Source: a virus
Taxonomy: Duplodnaviria > Heunggongvirae > Uroviricota > Caudoviricetes
Length of the DNA: 64,000 nt
Virus record (IMG/VR): IMGVR_UViG_3300033405_000012
Coordinates: 14,142-78,141 of that record
Reading direction: 5' to 3' (one strand)
The notes under the pieces were generated by a model. The model was not told the DNA's origin, searched no databases, and saw only the letters and a list, made by a program, of their open reading frames with translations. A program made the translations under genes and the position numbers. Positions 45,026 to 54,277 of this stretch are shown here, piece by piece. Within the stretch, counting starts at the first letter, position 1. Each line of letters begins with the position of its first letter.

Positions 45026-48000
45026 GTGCCGCCGCCTTGGACCGTCACGTTGATGTCGCCAATGTTGGTGGTGTGGCCGCCTTGGCTGTGATACGAGGGC
45101 TTCACACCGGCGTTCATCGCGGTAAGCTGGGAAGCGAACCGGCGCGTCGTCGCCGCGCTCATTACCATTTCCCCCGGCGAGAGCATCGCCGGGATCACGT
45201 CCGTGCCGCGCGGGCGTCCACCGCCCGCCAAGAAGGCCATCCCGCCGTGGGCGGCCGTCATCGGGCCTTCCTCGGCCTGCGGCGGCTGGACAGTGGCCGC
45301 CGCCGCAGCCAACTCCGACATGGCATCCGCAGCCGACTCGATGGCCGATTGGAACGTGGCCATCGCGCTGTTGGCCTGGTTGATGGCCCCGGTGGTCTCG
45401 GAAAACTGATTGGTAATGTCCTGGACCTGCTTGCCGGAATCGGGAAACGCCTGCTTCAGGCGGTCGATGCCCTCGGTGGCCCCCTTCATCTGCTGATCCA
45501 GGTTGGGATATTTCGACTGGACGCCTCGAATCCGTTCCGCGTAGTCGAACATCTCCTTGAGGGTCTTGAGGTTCGCTTCCGTGCGGTCGAAGTTCAAGTC
45601 GAGGGACCAGGGCAGGTTCTTCTTCAACTCCTGGGTCTTCGCCACCAGGTCGTCGAGCGCCTTGGGCTCGATCTTCAGAGGATGCTTCTGCATCTCCAGG
45701 ATCGCTTCATTGATCTCGCGGAAGCTCGTGACCGCCGCCTGCAAGTCCGCCCTGCCCGTGGTGCCGAACACGCCCGTGAGCATATTCAAGCCGACCTTCG
45801 TGGCCTGCCACGCGCCGACGGAGCCCTCCTGCTGGACGGCCATGTTGGCGGTGATCTGCCGCTGCCGGCTTTCGATCTGCGCCAAGGCGTCGCGCTGCTG
45901 GTCGTAGGCTTCCTGGACCGCCCGGGCCGCTTGTGCCTGCTGCCGCGGATAGTTCTCGGCGGCCTTGAACTGCTCCTCGATGGTCTTGCCGATCAGCTTG
46001 GCGTGGTCGCCACCCACGAAGACATCCAAGTTGATCCGGCCCAGGCCCGTGGTGATCCGTTCATTCAGCTTGGCCAGAGACTCGGGGGCGACAAGCAGGT
46101 CGCGGACCTCGGCCTTCGTGACGGCTCCCTCCATCGTCTCACGCATCTTGCGTTTCATGGCGTCGAAGTTCAGCCAGTCGGACATCTCCCACTTCTTGCT
46201 GGCGAACATCAGACCTTGGAACTCCTGGATGGCCGCCTTCGTCTTCGCAATGGCCTGCTCGCGGTCCGGTCCGGCAAGAGGCTGATTCTTCTTGTCGAAC
46301 AGGTCCATGTCCTTGGAGATTTCCTTGGCCAGCTCACGCATCCGCGTGACAGTCCGCTCCTCGTCGGCCGCGGCGTCCGCCGCCGCCTTGGCCTGCTTTT
46401 GCTTGGAGGCCCGCAAGCCTTCGTTGGCGGCAAGCTCGCTTTCCAGGACACGCTCGATCGCCGCCTCGGCATCCTGTTGCCCGAGGGTGTCATGCCGGCG
46501 CTGGGCAATCTGCATCGACTCCTGCGCGTAGGCTTGGGCCCGCTTGTAGATGCTCTGGGCCACGTCGATGTCCTGCGGCGTCTTGGCCTTGGACATCATC
46601 TCCTCGGCCTGGCTCGCCAGCGTGAAAGCCTGGCCGGCGAAATCCTTCTGCTGTTCCCAGGTGCTCTTCCACTGGCTCTCGTACCAGCGGAAGCGGGTGT
46701 CCGCCAGGGTGCCGGCAATCTCCGTGCCCCGCTTCATCGAATCCGAAATGGCGCGGTCGGCTTCATTGGCCAGGTTGCGGAGGACGTGGACCTCCTTCTC
46801 GGCTTCGTCCACGATCTTCAACATGGTGGCGTGCGAGTCGTCCGTCAGGCGCTTGTTGTCCACCTGGGTCTCGTCCACCATCTTGAAGTAGTCTCTGCGG
46901 CGCTCGGTCAGGGCTTGCTCGGCCCGCTGCACGACGGCCTGGTTGGCACGGTCCTCCTCCTCGATGCGCCGCTGGTTGACCTGCTGAATCGCGCTCAGCC
47001 GGTCGGATTCCGCCTTGCGGAACTCCTCTTCGGCCTGCCGGATGCCCTGAATGATCCGCGTGTTGGCGAAGTCGAAGGCACCGTATGCCAACATTGCCAC
47101 CATGAGACCGTTGATCGCCAAGCCCAGTGGACCAAGCCCCAAAGTGGCCAAGCGAGCCGACATGGCCATCGAACCCAGGGCGACTGCAAAGCCGCCGAAC
47201 GCCGTCACGCCAAGCCCCAGAACGGGGATCAAGGCTTTCACGGCCGCGCCGACCGCATCCGCGCCTCCGACGACGCCCAGAAACTTGTCCGTGGCCTCGA
47301 CAATCGCCGCGCCCAGGTCCGTGGTGAGGAACGTCTTGAACTTGTTCAACTCCGCGAGCGTTTTCTGGGCGTCGCTCTCGATGAACAGCTTGTACTTCTC
47401 ATTGAAGGTGGCAACGCTCATTTCGCGGAGGTGCTGAACGGCGTCCGCCGTCCGCTTTCCGCTGTCGTCCGTCTCGCGCAAGGCCCCGCTGATCGCCCGC
47501 ACGTTGGGGATCAGGCGGGCGAAAGCCGCCATGTTCTCGTCGGTGCTCTGTCGCAGCTTGACCAAGGCCCCTTCGAGCCCCAGGGCCGCGATCATCTGCG
47601 GGCCGGACTCGTAGCCCAGATCGTGCAATTCCTTCTTCAAGTCCTGCGAAGGTTTTATGAGGGCCATCATGGCGGAACGCAGCGCCGTGGCGGCTTCGGC
47701 CGGCTTGACGCCGGAGACGGTCAGCGTGACCATCATGGCGTTCAGCTCGTCGAGGCTTACGCCCAGCTCACTCGACACGGCCGTCACGCGGCCCAGCACC
47801 GAGGCCAACTCCTCGCCCCGCACCCGGCCAATCTGGATTGTGGCAAAGAACTTCGCGGCCACCTGCTCGGCTTGGCTGGACTGCATGTGGTAGGCGTTGA
47901 GAGTGCCCGCAATCAGGTTGACCGCCTGCCCGGCATCCATGACGGCCACTTTCGACAGCTTGAAGGCCGCCGTCAGCACGTCCGTCTGTTGCGCGGCGGA

Positions 48001-48657
48001 CGCGAATTGGTTGGAAATGGCCTGATACTGTGCCTCGGCCACCTGCGCCAGCGGGATGTTGAACTCCCGGGACAGATTGGCCACACTATGCGAAATCATG
48101 TCCAGGCTGTTGCTGACGCCGGGGGAGATCGACTGGATTTCAGCGATCCGCGTCATAAATTGCAGATTGCTGTCGAACGCCTCGTGCATCATGTCGCGCA
48201 GGGCGCTCATGGCCCGCACGATGGCCTGCGTCATCACGACCCGGCTCAGCGTTTCCCAGGACACGACGAACTTGGCCGCCGCCCGGTCGGCCTCTTCGAT
48301 CGAGGAGGCATCGACTTCGGGCTTGATCTTCTTGCCCTTGGCGGCCCCGCCGGGCGTCTGCTCGCCGGCCCCGGGGCCGGCCGCGACTTGGCCGGCAGCC
48401 CCGGACGCCTGTTGCTGCTGTTGGGCGGAGAAGGCCGCTTGGAGCTTCGACATGGCGGCGGCAGCCGAAGCCGCGCCGGAGGCAATGTCCTTGAGGACCT
48501 GGACCGTCTCGCGGCCGTGCTCGTTCCACACGGACATGGACTCGGCCACGCGGCTCAACTGCGCGTCGAAGCCGCTCAAGGCTTGGTCCATCTTGGCCAG
48601 CGCCTCAAGGCCGGCGGAGGCGTCGAAGCCTAGCTGTTGAACGATTTCATCAGCCAT
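44953..48657 (-). CDS. tail tape measure protein
   Basis: ~1230 aa, alpha-helical, Ala/Gln/Glu-rich, with central hydrophobic Gly-rich segment LGLGVTAFGGFAVALGSMAMSARLATLGLGPLGLAINGLMVAML. Confidence 0.85.
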   Translation of the reverse strand: MADEIVQQLGFDASAGLEALAKMDQALSGFDAQLSRVAESMSVWNEHGRETVQVLKDIASGAASAAAAMSKLQAAFSAQQQQQASGAAGQVAAGPGAGEQTPGGAAKGKKIKPEVDASSIEEADRAAAKFVVSWETLSRVVMTQAIVRAMSALRDMMHEAFDSNLQFMTRIAEIQSISPGVSNSLDMISHSVANLSREFNIPLAQVAEAQYQAISNQFASAAQQTDVLTAAFKLSKVAVMDAGQAVNLIAGTLNAYHMQSSQAEQVAAKFFATIQIGRVRGEELASVLGRVTAVSSELGVSLDELNAMMVTLTVSGVKPAEAATALRSAMMALIKPSQDLKKELHDLGYESGPQMIAALGLEGALVKLRQSTDENMAAFARLIPNVRAISGALRETDDSGKRTADAVQHLREMSVATFNEKYKLFIESDAQKTLAELNKFKTFLTTDLGAAIVEATDKFLGVVGGADAVGAAVKALIPVLGLGVTAFGGFAVALGSMAMSARLATLGLGPLGLAINGLMVAMLAYGAFDFANTRIIQGIRQAEEEFRKAESDRLSAIQQVNQRRIEEEDRANQAVVQRAEQALTERRRDYFKMVDETQVDNKRLTDDSHATMLKIVDEAEKEVHVLRNLANEADRAISDSMKRGTEIAGTLADTRFRWYESQWKSTWEQQKDFAGQAFTLASQAEEMMSKAKTPQDIDVAQSIYKRAQAYAQESMQIAQRRHDTLGQQDAEAAIERVLESELAANEGLRASKQKQAKAAADAAADEERTVTRMRELAKEISKDMDLFDKKNQPLAGPDREQAIAKTKAAIQEFQGLMFASKKWEMSDWLNFDAMKRKMRETMEGAVTKAEVRDLLVAPESLAKLNERITTGLGRINLDVFVGGDHAKLIGKTIEEQFKAAENYPRQQAQAARAVQEAYDQQRDALAQIESRQRQITANMAVQQEGSVGAWQATKVGLNMLTGVFGTTGRADLQAAVTSFREINEAILEMQKHPLKIEPKALDDLVAKTQELKKNLPWSLDLNFDRTEANLKTLKEMFDYAERIRGVQSKYPNLDQQMKGATEGIDRLKQAFPDSGKQVQDITNQFSETTGAINQANSAMATFQSAIESAADAMSELAAAAATVQPPQAEEGPMTAAHGGMAFLAGGGRPRGTDVIPAMLSPGEMVMSAATTRRFASQLTAMNAGVKPSYHSQGGHTTNIGDINVTVQGGGTGRQTARSIATELRRELRRGTSVL

Positions 48658-49148
48658 TACCGCACCTTGATCTTCATGGACTTCAAGCACTCGAACGGAT
48701 TCGGCAGCCGCACCCCCTCAGCAAACTTGCGGAACGCCGCTTTCCCTTTTCCCTGGAAGTCGTAGGGGCCGGGCTTCTTGAGGTGGAAGCCCCATTGCGT
48801 GGCGTCGAAATACTCGTTGATAATCAGCCAGGGCAGCGTCGTCTGGTACTGGAAGACGTACCGCCCCCTCGCCTCGTCGGTCTCCAGGGAACCACTGCTT
48901 TCCGCGATGCCGCGGCCAATGCGGCTCGGGGCCACGGGGAAAATCGGGATGTTGTACTCGACGTTGCGGGCCAGCGCCAGAAAAGTCGCCCGCGATGCAC
49001 CGCTCCACACCGGCACCTCCGCGAGCACGGTCGCTTCCAACCACTGCACGATCGCCTGGGCCAGGGCCTCGCGCAGATGCTTGTCCAGCGTCCGGCGGTA
49101 CTTCTCCATGTCGATGCTCAGCGCGGTGAACGTGCCGGTGAACTTCAT
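48657..49148 (-). CDS. hypothetical protein between chaperone and TMP
   Basis: 163 aa. Overlaps the TMP start. Confidence 0.5.
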   Translation of the reverse strand: MKFTGTFTALSIDMEKYRRTLDKHLREALAQAIVQWLEATVLAEVPVWSGASRATFLALARNVEYNIPIFPVAPSRIGRGIAESSGSLETDEARGRYVFQYQTTLPWLIINEYFDATQWGFHLKKPGPYDFQGKGKAAFRKFAEGVRLPNPFECLKSMKIKVR

Positions 49149-49150
49149 GG

Positions 49151-49935
49151 TCAGGACCCTCCGCCGTCTTCCGCACGGGGCCTCCTTGCCCCCATCAAGA
49201 GAGCTTCCCGCTCAGCCTCGTCGTAAGCGCGCGTCTGGTCGAAGGCCACGATCAGGGCTTGCGTCTGAACGTCGCAATCGTCCCAGGCCCGCTTGACGCC
49301 GGGCGGAAGAACGCCTAGGCGCTCGCAGGAGCACCAGACGGCGTACTCTGCGGTCCGGTGGGGAGGCCAGAGGATGCGGGCTTCGGTTCCTGACCAGCAA
49401 GAAAAACCTCGCGGGCCTTCTTCAGCTTGGTCTCGTCGAGGCAGTTGGCCTCCAGGACGAGATTCATCACCCGCTGGCACTCGATGTCGCTCAGGCCGCC
49501 CTCGCGCAGGTCCGTGGACCAGTTCTTCCAAGTGCTGGGGTCGGCCACGTTGACCGTATCCCATTCGACTTGGCTCGGTTCCAGCGATTTGACGATCATG
49601 TAGCCGAGCCGGGTCCGGCCCCATTCGACCATGACCTGCTGATAGGTCGGGTCGTCGGGCATCGGCACCCAGCCATCGCGGGTCATCTTGCCCGGAGGGG
49701 TCGGCCGCGGGCACAGGGCCTCGAACTCGTCCATGCTGGGAACGGGTTGGGCGCGGAAGACGATCTGCTGGTCGCCGCGGGGCAGGACCAGGAACACTTC
49801 GGTAGGCAGGCTCTTGGGATCGACGCCGCCGATCTTCATTGGATCTTCTCCCTCGTTAAAGAACACAGGAATCGGCAGCGCCGGCACCAGTGCCGGCGCT
49901 GGAAAGCCAATCGGCTGATTGGCAAAACCGGCCAT
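49151..49935 (-). CDS. putative G-T fusion chaperone produced by -1 programmed frameshift
   Basis: G-frame reads ...KKAREVFLAGQ...ASA*. The -1 frame continues ...FSCWSGTEARILWPP... to 49151. Slip candidate GGTTTTTC (plus strand GAAAAACC at 49401-49408). Confidence 0.4.
49315..49935 (-). CDS. tail assembly chaperone (gpG-like)
   Basis: Sits between the major tail gene and TMP. Acidic. Alternate frame extends downstream (see the GT product). Confidence 0.5.
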   Translation of the reverse strand: MAGFANQPIGFPAPALVPALPIPVFFNEGEDPMKIGGVDPKSLPTEVFLVLPRGDQQIVFRAQPVPSMDEFEALCPRPTPPGKMTRDGWVPMPDDPTYQQVMVEWGRTRLGYMIVKSLEPSQVEWDTVNVADPSTWKNWSTDLREGGLSDIECQRVMNLVLEANCLDETKLKKAREVFLAGQEPKPASSGLPTGPQSTPSGAPASA

Positions 49936-49959
49936 TTCAGAAAGGCGGCCGGGGAGTCG

Positions 49960-51360
49960 TTACACGTTGTCGCAGTCCGTGCCGCGGTAGGTGGTCGGCT
50001 CCTTGGCCAAGCACTTGCCGGTGAGCACGATGGTCGCCGCGTTGTAGTTGATCTCGCGGGTCTCGGCACGGAACATCGGGAACACGTTCGTCTCCCGGTT
50101 GACCGGAGCGCACGGCGGGTTGTACTCGCAGAGCACGTCCACGCAGTAGGGCTCGCAGGCGTCGGGCGAGGAACTGACCCACTCGGCGGCACTGTTGACG
50201 CCCTTCAAGGCGTCCATCGGGCACACCGCCTCGCCGGTGCCGTTGGTGATGTGCTCGTACACGGCGTCCACCTTCACGTCCATCGGCACGTCCTTGGACT
50301 CGCGCACCGTGTCCAGCCAGCCGCGGTCCAACAGGTAGGTGTAGTCGCGGTGCTCGGTGTAGGTCAGGTTGCCCTCGCCGATCTTGACGTAGACCTCCTG
50401 CGACTTGAAGGTGATCGCGGCGCTGGCGGCATACGTGCCCGCGCCCAGGGGCGGCGAGAACGTGATGCTCGTGGTGCTTCCGCCGCCGGCCGTCACTGCC
50501 GCACCCGCCGCCACTTCGGCCACGGCAACCGCAGCGCCGCTGCCGGTCAGCGCCGACGTGACCGGAACCAGAAGCGGTTGCGGTGCGTGAGCCAGCGTGC
50601 CCTGGAACGTCACGGTGTAGCTGCCGGCCGTCCCGGTCACGGCGACATTTCCCGCCCCGATGCTCGCCATCGCGGTCAAGGCCGTCGCCACGGCATCCGC
50701 GGCGGCGTTGTAGGCGATGCCCGCCGTCTCGCAGCCGCCCCAAACCAGGCTGAACGTGCCGCCCGAGGCATTCTGCACCGTCACCGACTGCACCTCGTTC
50801 TGGCCGCTGCCGGTGGGTGGCGCGCCGGCCGTCGTCTCGGCGATGGCGACCGTGGCGCTGGTGCCGATCAATTCCGAGGTGTCGGCGATCAAGAGCGGCT
50901 GCGGCGCGTTGGCCAGCGAGCCTTGGAACGTCACGGTGTAGCTGCCGGGCGTCCCGGTCACGGCGATGTTCCCGGAAGCCCCCACCAGCGGAGCCAACGC
51001 TGCGGCGATGTCCGTGGGAGCGGCGTCGTAGGCCAGCTCGGTGGTCTGGCCGCTGCCCCAGAACAGCTTGAACGTGCCGCCCGTGGCGTTCTGGACCGTC
51101 ACCGACTGCACTTCGTTCGCGCCGCCGGTGCCGGAGCCTTGCGTGCGGCCCGTGACTGTGTGGTTGAGCGGACTCGTTTCGCCCGCGATGTTGAAGCGAG
51201 CGCCGATCGGGACGAGTCCGGGGTTGAGGCTGTTCAGCGCCACCGTGCCAATCGACAGGGTGGTGGCACCGGCGACCGGTGCCGTCGCGGGCCCGACCGC
51301 GGACCCCTTCAGACCATCCCTCATGCGGATGGTGCAGTATTTCAGTTCGATGCGAGCCAT
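49960..51360 (-). CDS. major tail protein with two internal ~95-aa tandem (Ig-like) repeats
   Basis: Repeats NEVQSVTVQNA(T/S)GGTF...VTGT(P/A)GSYTVTFQG(S/T)LA(N/H)APQPLL. Position immediately upstream of the chaperone-TMP. Confidence 0.6.
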   Translation of the reverse strand: MARIELKYCTIRMRDGLKGSAVGPATAPVAGATTLSIGTVALNSLNPGLVPIGARFNIAGETSPLNHTVTGRTQGSGTGGANEVQSVTVQNATGGTFKLFWGSGQTTELAYDAAPTDIAAALAPLVGASGNIAVTGTPGSYTVTFQGSLANAPQPLLIADTSELIGTSATVAIAETTAGAPPTGSGQNEVQSVTVQNASGGTFSLVWGGCETAGIAYNAAADAVATALTAMASIGAGNVAVTGTAGSYTVTFQGTLAHAPQPLLVPVTSALTGSGAAVAVAEVAAGAAVTAGGGSTTSITFSPPLGAGTYAASAAITFKSQEVYVKIGEGNLTYTEHRDYTYLLDRGWLDTVRESKDVPMDVKVDAVYEHITNGTGEAVCPMDALKGVNSAAEWVSSSPDACEPYCVDVLCEYNPPCAPVNRETNVFPMFRAETREINYNAATIVLTGKCLAKEPTTYRGTDCDNV

Positions 51361-51388
51361 GTCGATGGCCTCCTGTTGGTCCAACTGT

Positions 51389-51874
51389 TCACGGTATGTA
51401 CATCACGTAGCGGGAGTCGATCATCACCTGCTTCTGCCGGTCCGTTTGATCGGTCTGCCCGAAATGAAACACGCGCACGGCGTCGTTGCGCCCGGTACGA
51501 GTCAAGAAGCAGCCCACGAGGCTGGCGTCGTCGCCTTCCTCCTTGCCCAGCCGGAGCATCGGCATCGGGTCATCCAGCCGCTCGTGGAACTTGCCGACGA
51601 CCGTGATGATGTCGTACTGGTTCGCGTTGTTCTCGTACCGGCTTGTAAAGAGCAGGTTGATGTCGAGACTCACCTCGTAGTAGTCGTTGCTCAACTCCTT
51701 CGTGAAGGGGCCCGACATCCGAATCTCGACTCGCCGCGGCGCTTGCTCAAAATCCGTTGTCCGCTCGTCCAGCCCCTCCACCAATGCCGGAATCTTCAAG
51801 TCCTCGGCGAGCCGTTTCAGCACGGTCGCCACGGACGCGAAGGTCCAGCGCGCCCAATTCGGATTCACGGCCAT
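51389..51874 (-). CDS. head-tail joining region hypothetical protein
   Basis: Start at MAVNPNW. Position between the head and tail genes. Confidence 0.45.
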   Translation of the reverse strand: MAVNPNWARWTFASVATVLKRLAEDLKIPALVEGLDERTTDFEQAPRRVEIRMSGPFTKELSNDYYEVSLDINLLFTSRYENNANQYDIITVVGKFHERLDDPMPMLRLGKEEGDDASLVGCFLTRTGRNDAVRVFHFGQTDQTDRQKQVMIDSRYVMYIP

Positions 51875-51882
51875 TGGGACAC

Positions 51883-52389
51883 CTATTTCGTTGCAGTGGG
51901 GGCGGAACACAGGGCAAGCCCGTCAGCCGCCGAGACTCGAAACTCGCTGGCGCTCTCGATGCGGCCTTTCAACTCCTTCGCAATCACGAGCCAAGCCGTG
52001 TCGTACTCGTACTCGGTGATGCTCTCGATGTCGTAGTGCCGGTCGTTGAAGACGATCCAATCGTCCTTGGCCAGCACCAGGTCGGGCGGAACATCGTGCC
52101 GGTCGATCAGGAAATGCCGGCCGCTGGTGTCGAAGCTGCTCCCCTGGATGATCGCCCGGTTCGCCGTCATCGCGCCGGCGTTCTGCCGCACCTCCCGCTG
52201 CGTCTTTGCGGGCAGCACGACCACGCGCTTGATCTTCCACTGCTTGATCTGCCAATACGTCTCGCCGGTCCGCGGGTCCGTCTGGACCTGGGCCTTGCGG
52301 CGTACAACCACGGTCGCGCCGTGCTGGCGCTTGTGGATGTACAGCGAAAGCCGCATGAAGCGGTCGTGGATCGGATTGGCCTTGCTCAT
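51883..52389 (-). CDS. head-tail joining region hypothetical protein
   Basis: 168-aa ORF with normal composition. Confidence 0.5.
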   Translation of the reverse strand: MSKANPIHDRFMRLSLYIHKRQHGATVVVRRKAQVQTDPRTGETYWQIKQWKIKRVVVLPAKTQREVRQNAGAMTANRAIIQGSSFDTSGRHFLIDRHDVPPDLVLAKDDWIVFNDRHYDIESITEYEYDTAWLVIAKELKGRIESASEFRVSAADGLALCSAPTATK

Positions 52390-52393
52390 GGCA

Positions 52394-52663
52394 TCAGCCG
52401 CCTTCGGCGCATTGACGGCGCAGAGGGCATTCGCGGCCTTCCAGGACCTTTTCCACGCGCTCCATCATGGCTGTGTTCTGCGCGATCACGTCCGTGCAGC
52501 GCTCGACCATCGGCAACAGCACTTGACGCTGTTCGTCTTCCAGCTTCGAGATGCGCTTGCTCATGCGCAGTTCGCGGAGCCAGTTCTGCCAGAGGAAGAA
52601 GCCCACCACCAGCACCAGCGGCCCGTACTGCTTGAGCAGCAGCAAAAGGTCAGAGAGTTCCAT
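52394..52663 (-). CDS. small membrane protein
   Basis: MELSDLLLLLKQYGPLVLVVGFFLW forms an N-terminal TM helix, followed by a charged coiled region. Confidence 0.4.
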   Translation of the reverse strand: MELSDLLLLLKQYGPLVLVVGFFLWQNWLRELRMSKRISKLEDEQRQVLLPMVERCTDVIAQNTAMMERVEKVLEGRECPLRRQCAEGG

Positions 52664-52755
52664 GCCAGGGCCTCCGCTCGGAATCAAAAGTGAGAAAGTC
52701 CGCCTGGCCCGGATCGTTCCGGGCCAGGCGGCTCGTTACCTTGCAACAGCAGGGC

Positions 52756-54189
52756 TTAGCCCTGGAGGACACAGCACAGGTTGGTGTCCAGGATGGCGAC
52801 CCCGGCCAGGATGTCGAGGTTGACCACCGTTCCGCCGCCCGTGATGCTGTACTGCATCGAGACCCTCATGGCGATGTCGTTGTAGACACCGACGTGAGCC
52901 AACACGCCCATCGCGTTGTTGGGGATGGCCAGCGGACGAGTGACCAGGGCGATGGCGTTGCGGTGGAACGCCATGTTCAGCGCGCCGGACGGGCCCGGAT
53001 AGCACGGGTCGGCGTTGTTCAGGGCCAGTTCCAGCGGACGATCCAGGTAGACGGCCTGGTAGCCGCCGACCGGGTTCGGGTTCCCGGAGGCATCCGAGGC
53101 GTAGGACTCGATCACCGTGTAGTTCCGGCGGTTGCTGCCGGTGCCGAAGGCGACCAACTGGCCGATGGACGGCGCGTTGGTGTAGCCCTGCAACTGCACG
53201 GAGGCGACCCAACCGGCGGCGTAGCTGCCGGCCACGGAGCACGCCTTGTAGCAGGCGTACTGGGCACCGGCCTGCGTGGCGTACTTGTTCGCCTCGTTGA
53301 GGGTCACGGTGCTGTGGTCGGTGGCGACCGCGGTGACGTAGGTCGGCTGGTCGTTGCCGGCCACGACGAGGAACTCGCCGACCGCCGGGTTGTGGGCCGT
53401 GTCCACGGTCACGGCCTGCGCGCCGCTGCCCGCAGCGGCCAGGGCGTTGGTGACGGTGCCGAACGACACGTCGCAACTGGTCTGCTGAACGGCATTGACG
53501 TTCTGGTCCATGTACGTGTCGAAACCGAGGATGCGACCGAGGGTGGCGCTTTCCAACGCCGTCCCGAAGTCGCCGCGCTGCTGGGCCGCGATGAACAGCT
53601 CGTTCTTCAACAGGGCCGTCTCGCTGATCGGGGCCAACACGAGGTTGCGCCCTTCCAGCGGGGCCTTGTTGACGTTGAGCTGCTCGCGGGCCTCCAGCAC
53701 GAAGTCCTTGCTGTTGTCCGCGGCCAGGTTGTTCAGCCGGCCGACCCGCTGGGTCGGGCTGCCCAGGAACCCGTGGACGCGGCCCAGGACGGCCCGGTCC
53801 ACCGAACGGGCAATCGTCATCATGCCCGGCCGGAGGTAGATGTCCACCAGGTCTTGGAACGACTTGCTGGCCTCGCCGTCCTTGATGGTGAAGCTGGTGT
53901 AGAACCACTGGTCCAAGGGCACCTGGACGTTCGTGGCCGAAGCGTCCTGGTTCTGGAGCGTGGTGCCGTCCTGCTTGCGGCGAATCTGGAACGTGCCGGG
54001 CCGGCGGGTGTTCACCACGTCGCCGAACTGCCGGATTTCGTTCTCGAAGTCGCGGTGGACCAGGTTGGCGATGACCATGTTCTCCTGGAGGATCGCCAAG
54101 CCTTCCGCGGCCCACAGCTCGGGAACGAAGGCGGTGTTGTCGTTGTCGTAGCAAGCGACCACCGCGGGGGAGAGGTACAACGGATTCAT
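52756..54189 (-). CDS. major capsid protein (T7 gp10-like HK97 fold)
   Basis: Pattern similar to T7 gp10 (NLVLAPISETALLKNELF...LGRILGFDTYMDQNV). Lies directly after the scaffold gene. 477 aa. Confidence 0.65.
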   Translation of the reverse strand: MNPLYLSPAVVACYDNDNTAFVPELWAAEGLAILQENMVIANLVHRDFENEIRQFGDVVNTRRPGTFQIRRKQDGTTLQNQDASATNVQVPLDQWFYTSFTIKDGEASKSFQDLVDIYLRPGMMTIARSVDRAVLGRVHGFLGSPTQRVGRLNNLAADNSKDFVLEAREQLNVNKAPLEGRNLVLAPISETALLKNELFIAAQQRGDFGTALESATLGRILGFDTYMDQNVNAVQQTSCDVSFGTVTNALAAAGSGAQAVTVDTAHNPAVGEFLVVAGNDQPTYVTAVATDHSTVTLNEANKYATQAGAQYACYKACSVAGSYAAGWVASVQLQGYTNAPSIGQLVAFGTGSNRRNYTVIESYASDASGNPNPVGGYQAVYLDRPLELALNNADPCYPGPSGALNMAFHRNAIALVTRPLAIPNNAMGVLAHVGVYNDIAMRVSMQYSITGGGTVVNLDILAGVAILDTNLCCVLQG

Positions 54190-54277
54190 CGTTGAAACTC
54201 CATGTTGGTGTCAATCAGAGAAGCGCAAGACACCGCGACGTGCGGCGTCCCGAACGACGAACCCCTGACGGAACGCG

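Noticed and set aside
44860-48633. 1257-aa plus-strand ORF
   Set aside because: Antisense to the tape measure protein. Leu/Gly/Arg/Val low complexity.
49151-49714. 187-aa ORF as an independent gene
   Set aside because: The upstream half is Arg/Gly/Pro-rich shadow of the G chaperone. Only the 3' part (49151 to ~49400) is interpreted as the -1 frameshift T extension.
49570-51606. 678-aa plus-strand ORF
   Set aside because: Antisense to the chaperone and major tail genes. Arg/Gly/Ala-rich.
52736-54214. 492-aa minus-strand ORF in an alternate frame, and the 501-aa plus-strand ORF 52690..54195
   Set aside because: They overlap the capsid gene. Translations are Arg/Pro/Gly-dominated. The 52756..54189 frame has normal composition, a T7-capsid-like pattern and an N-terminus shared with the scaffold.
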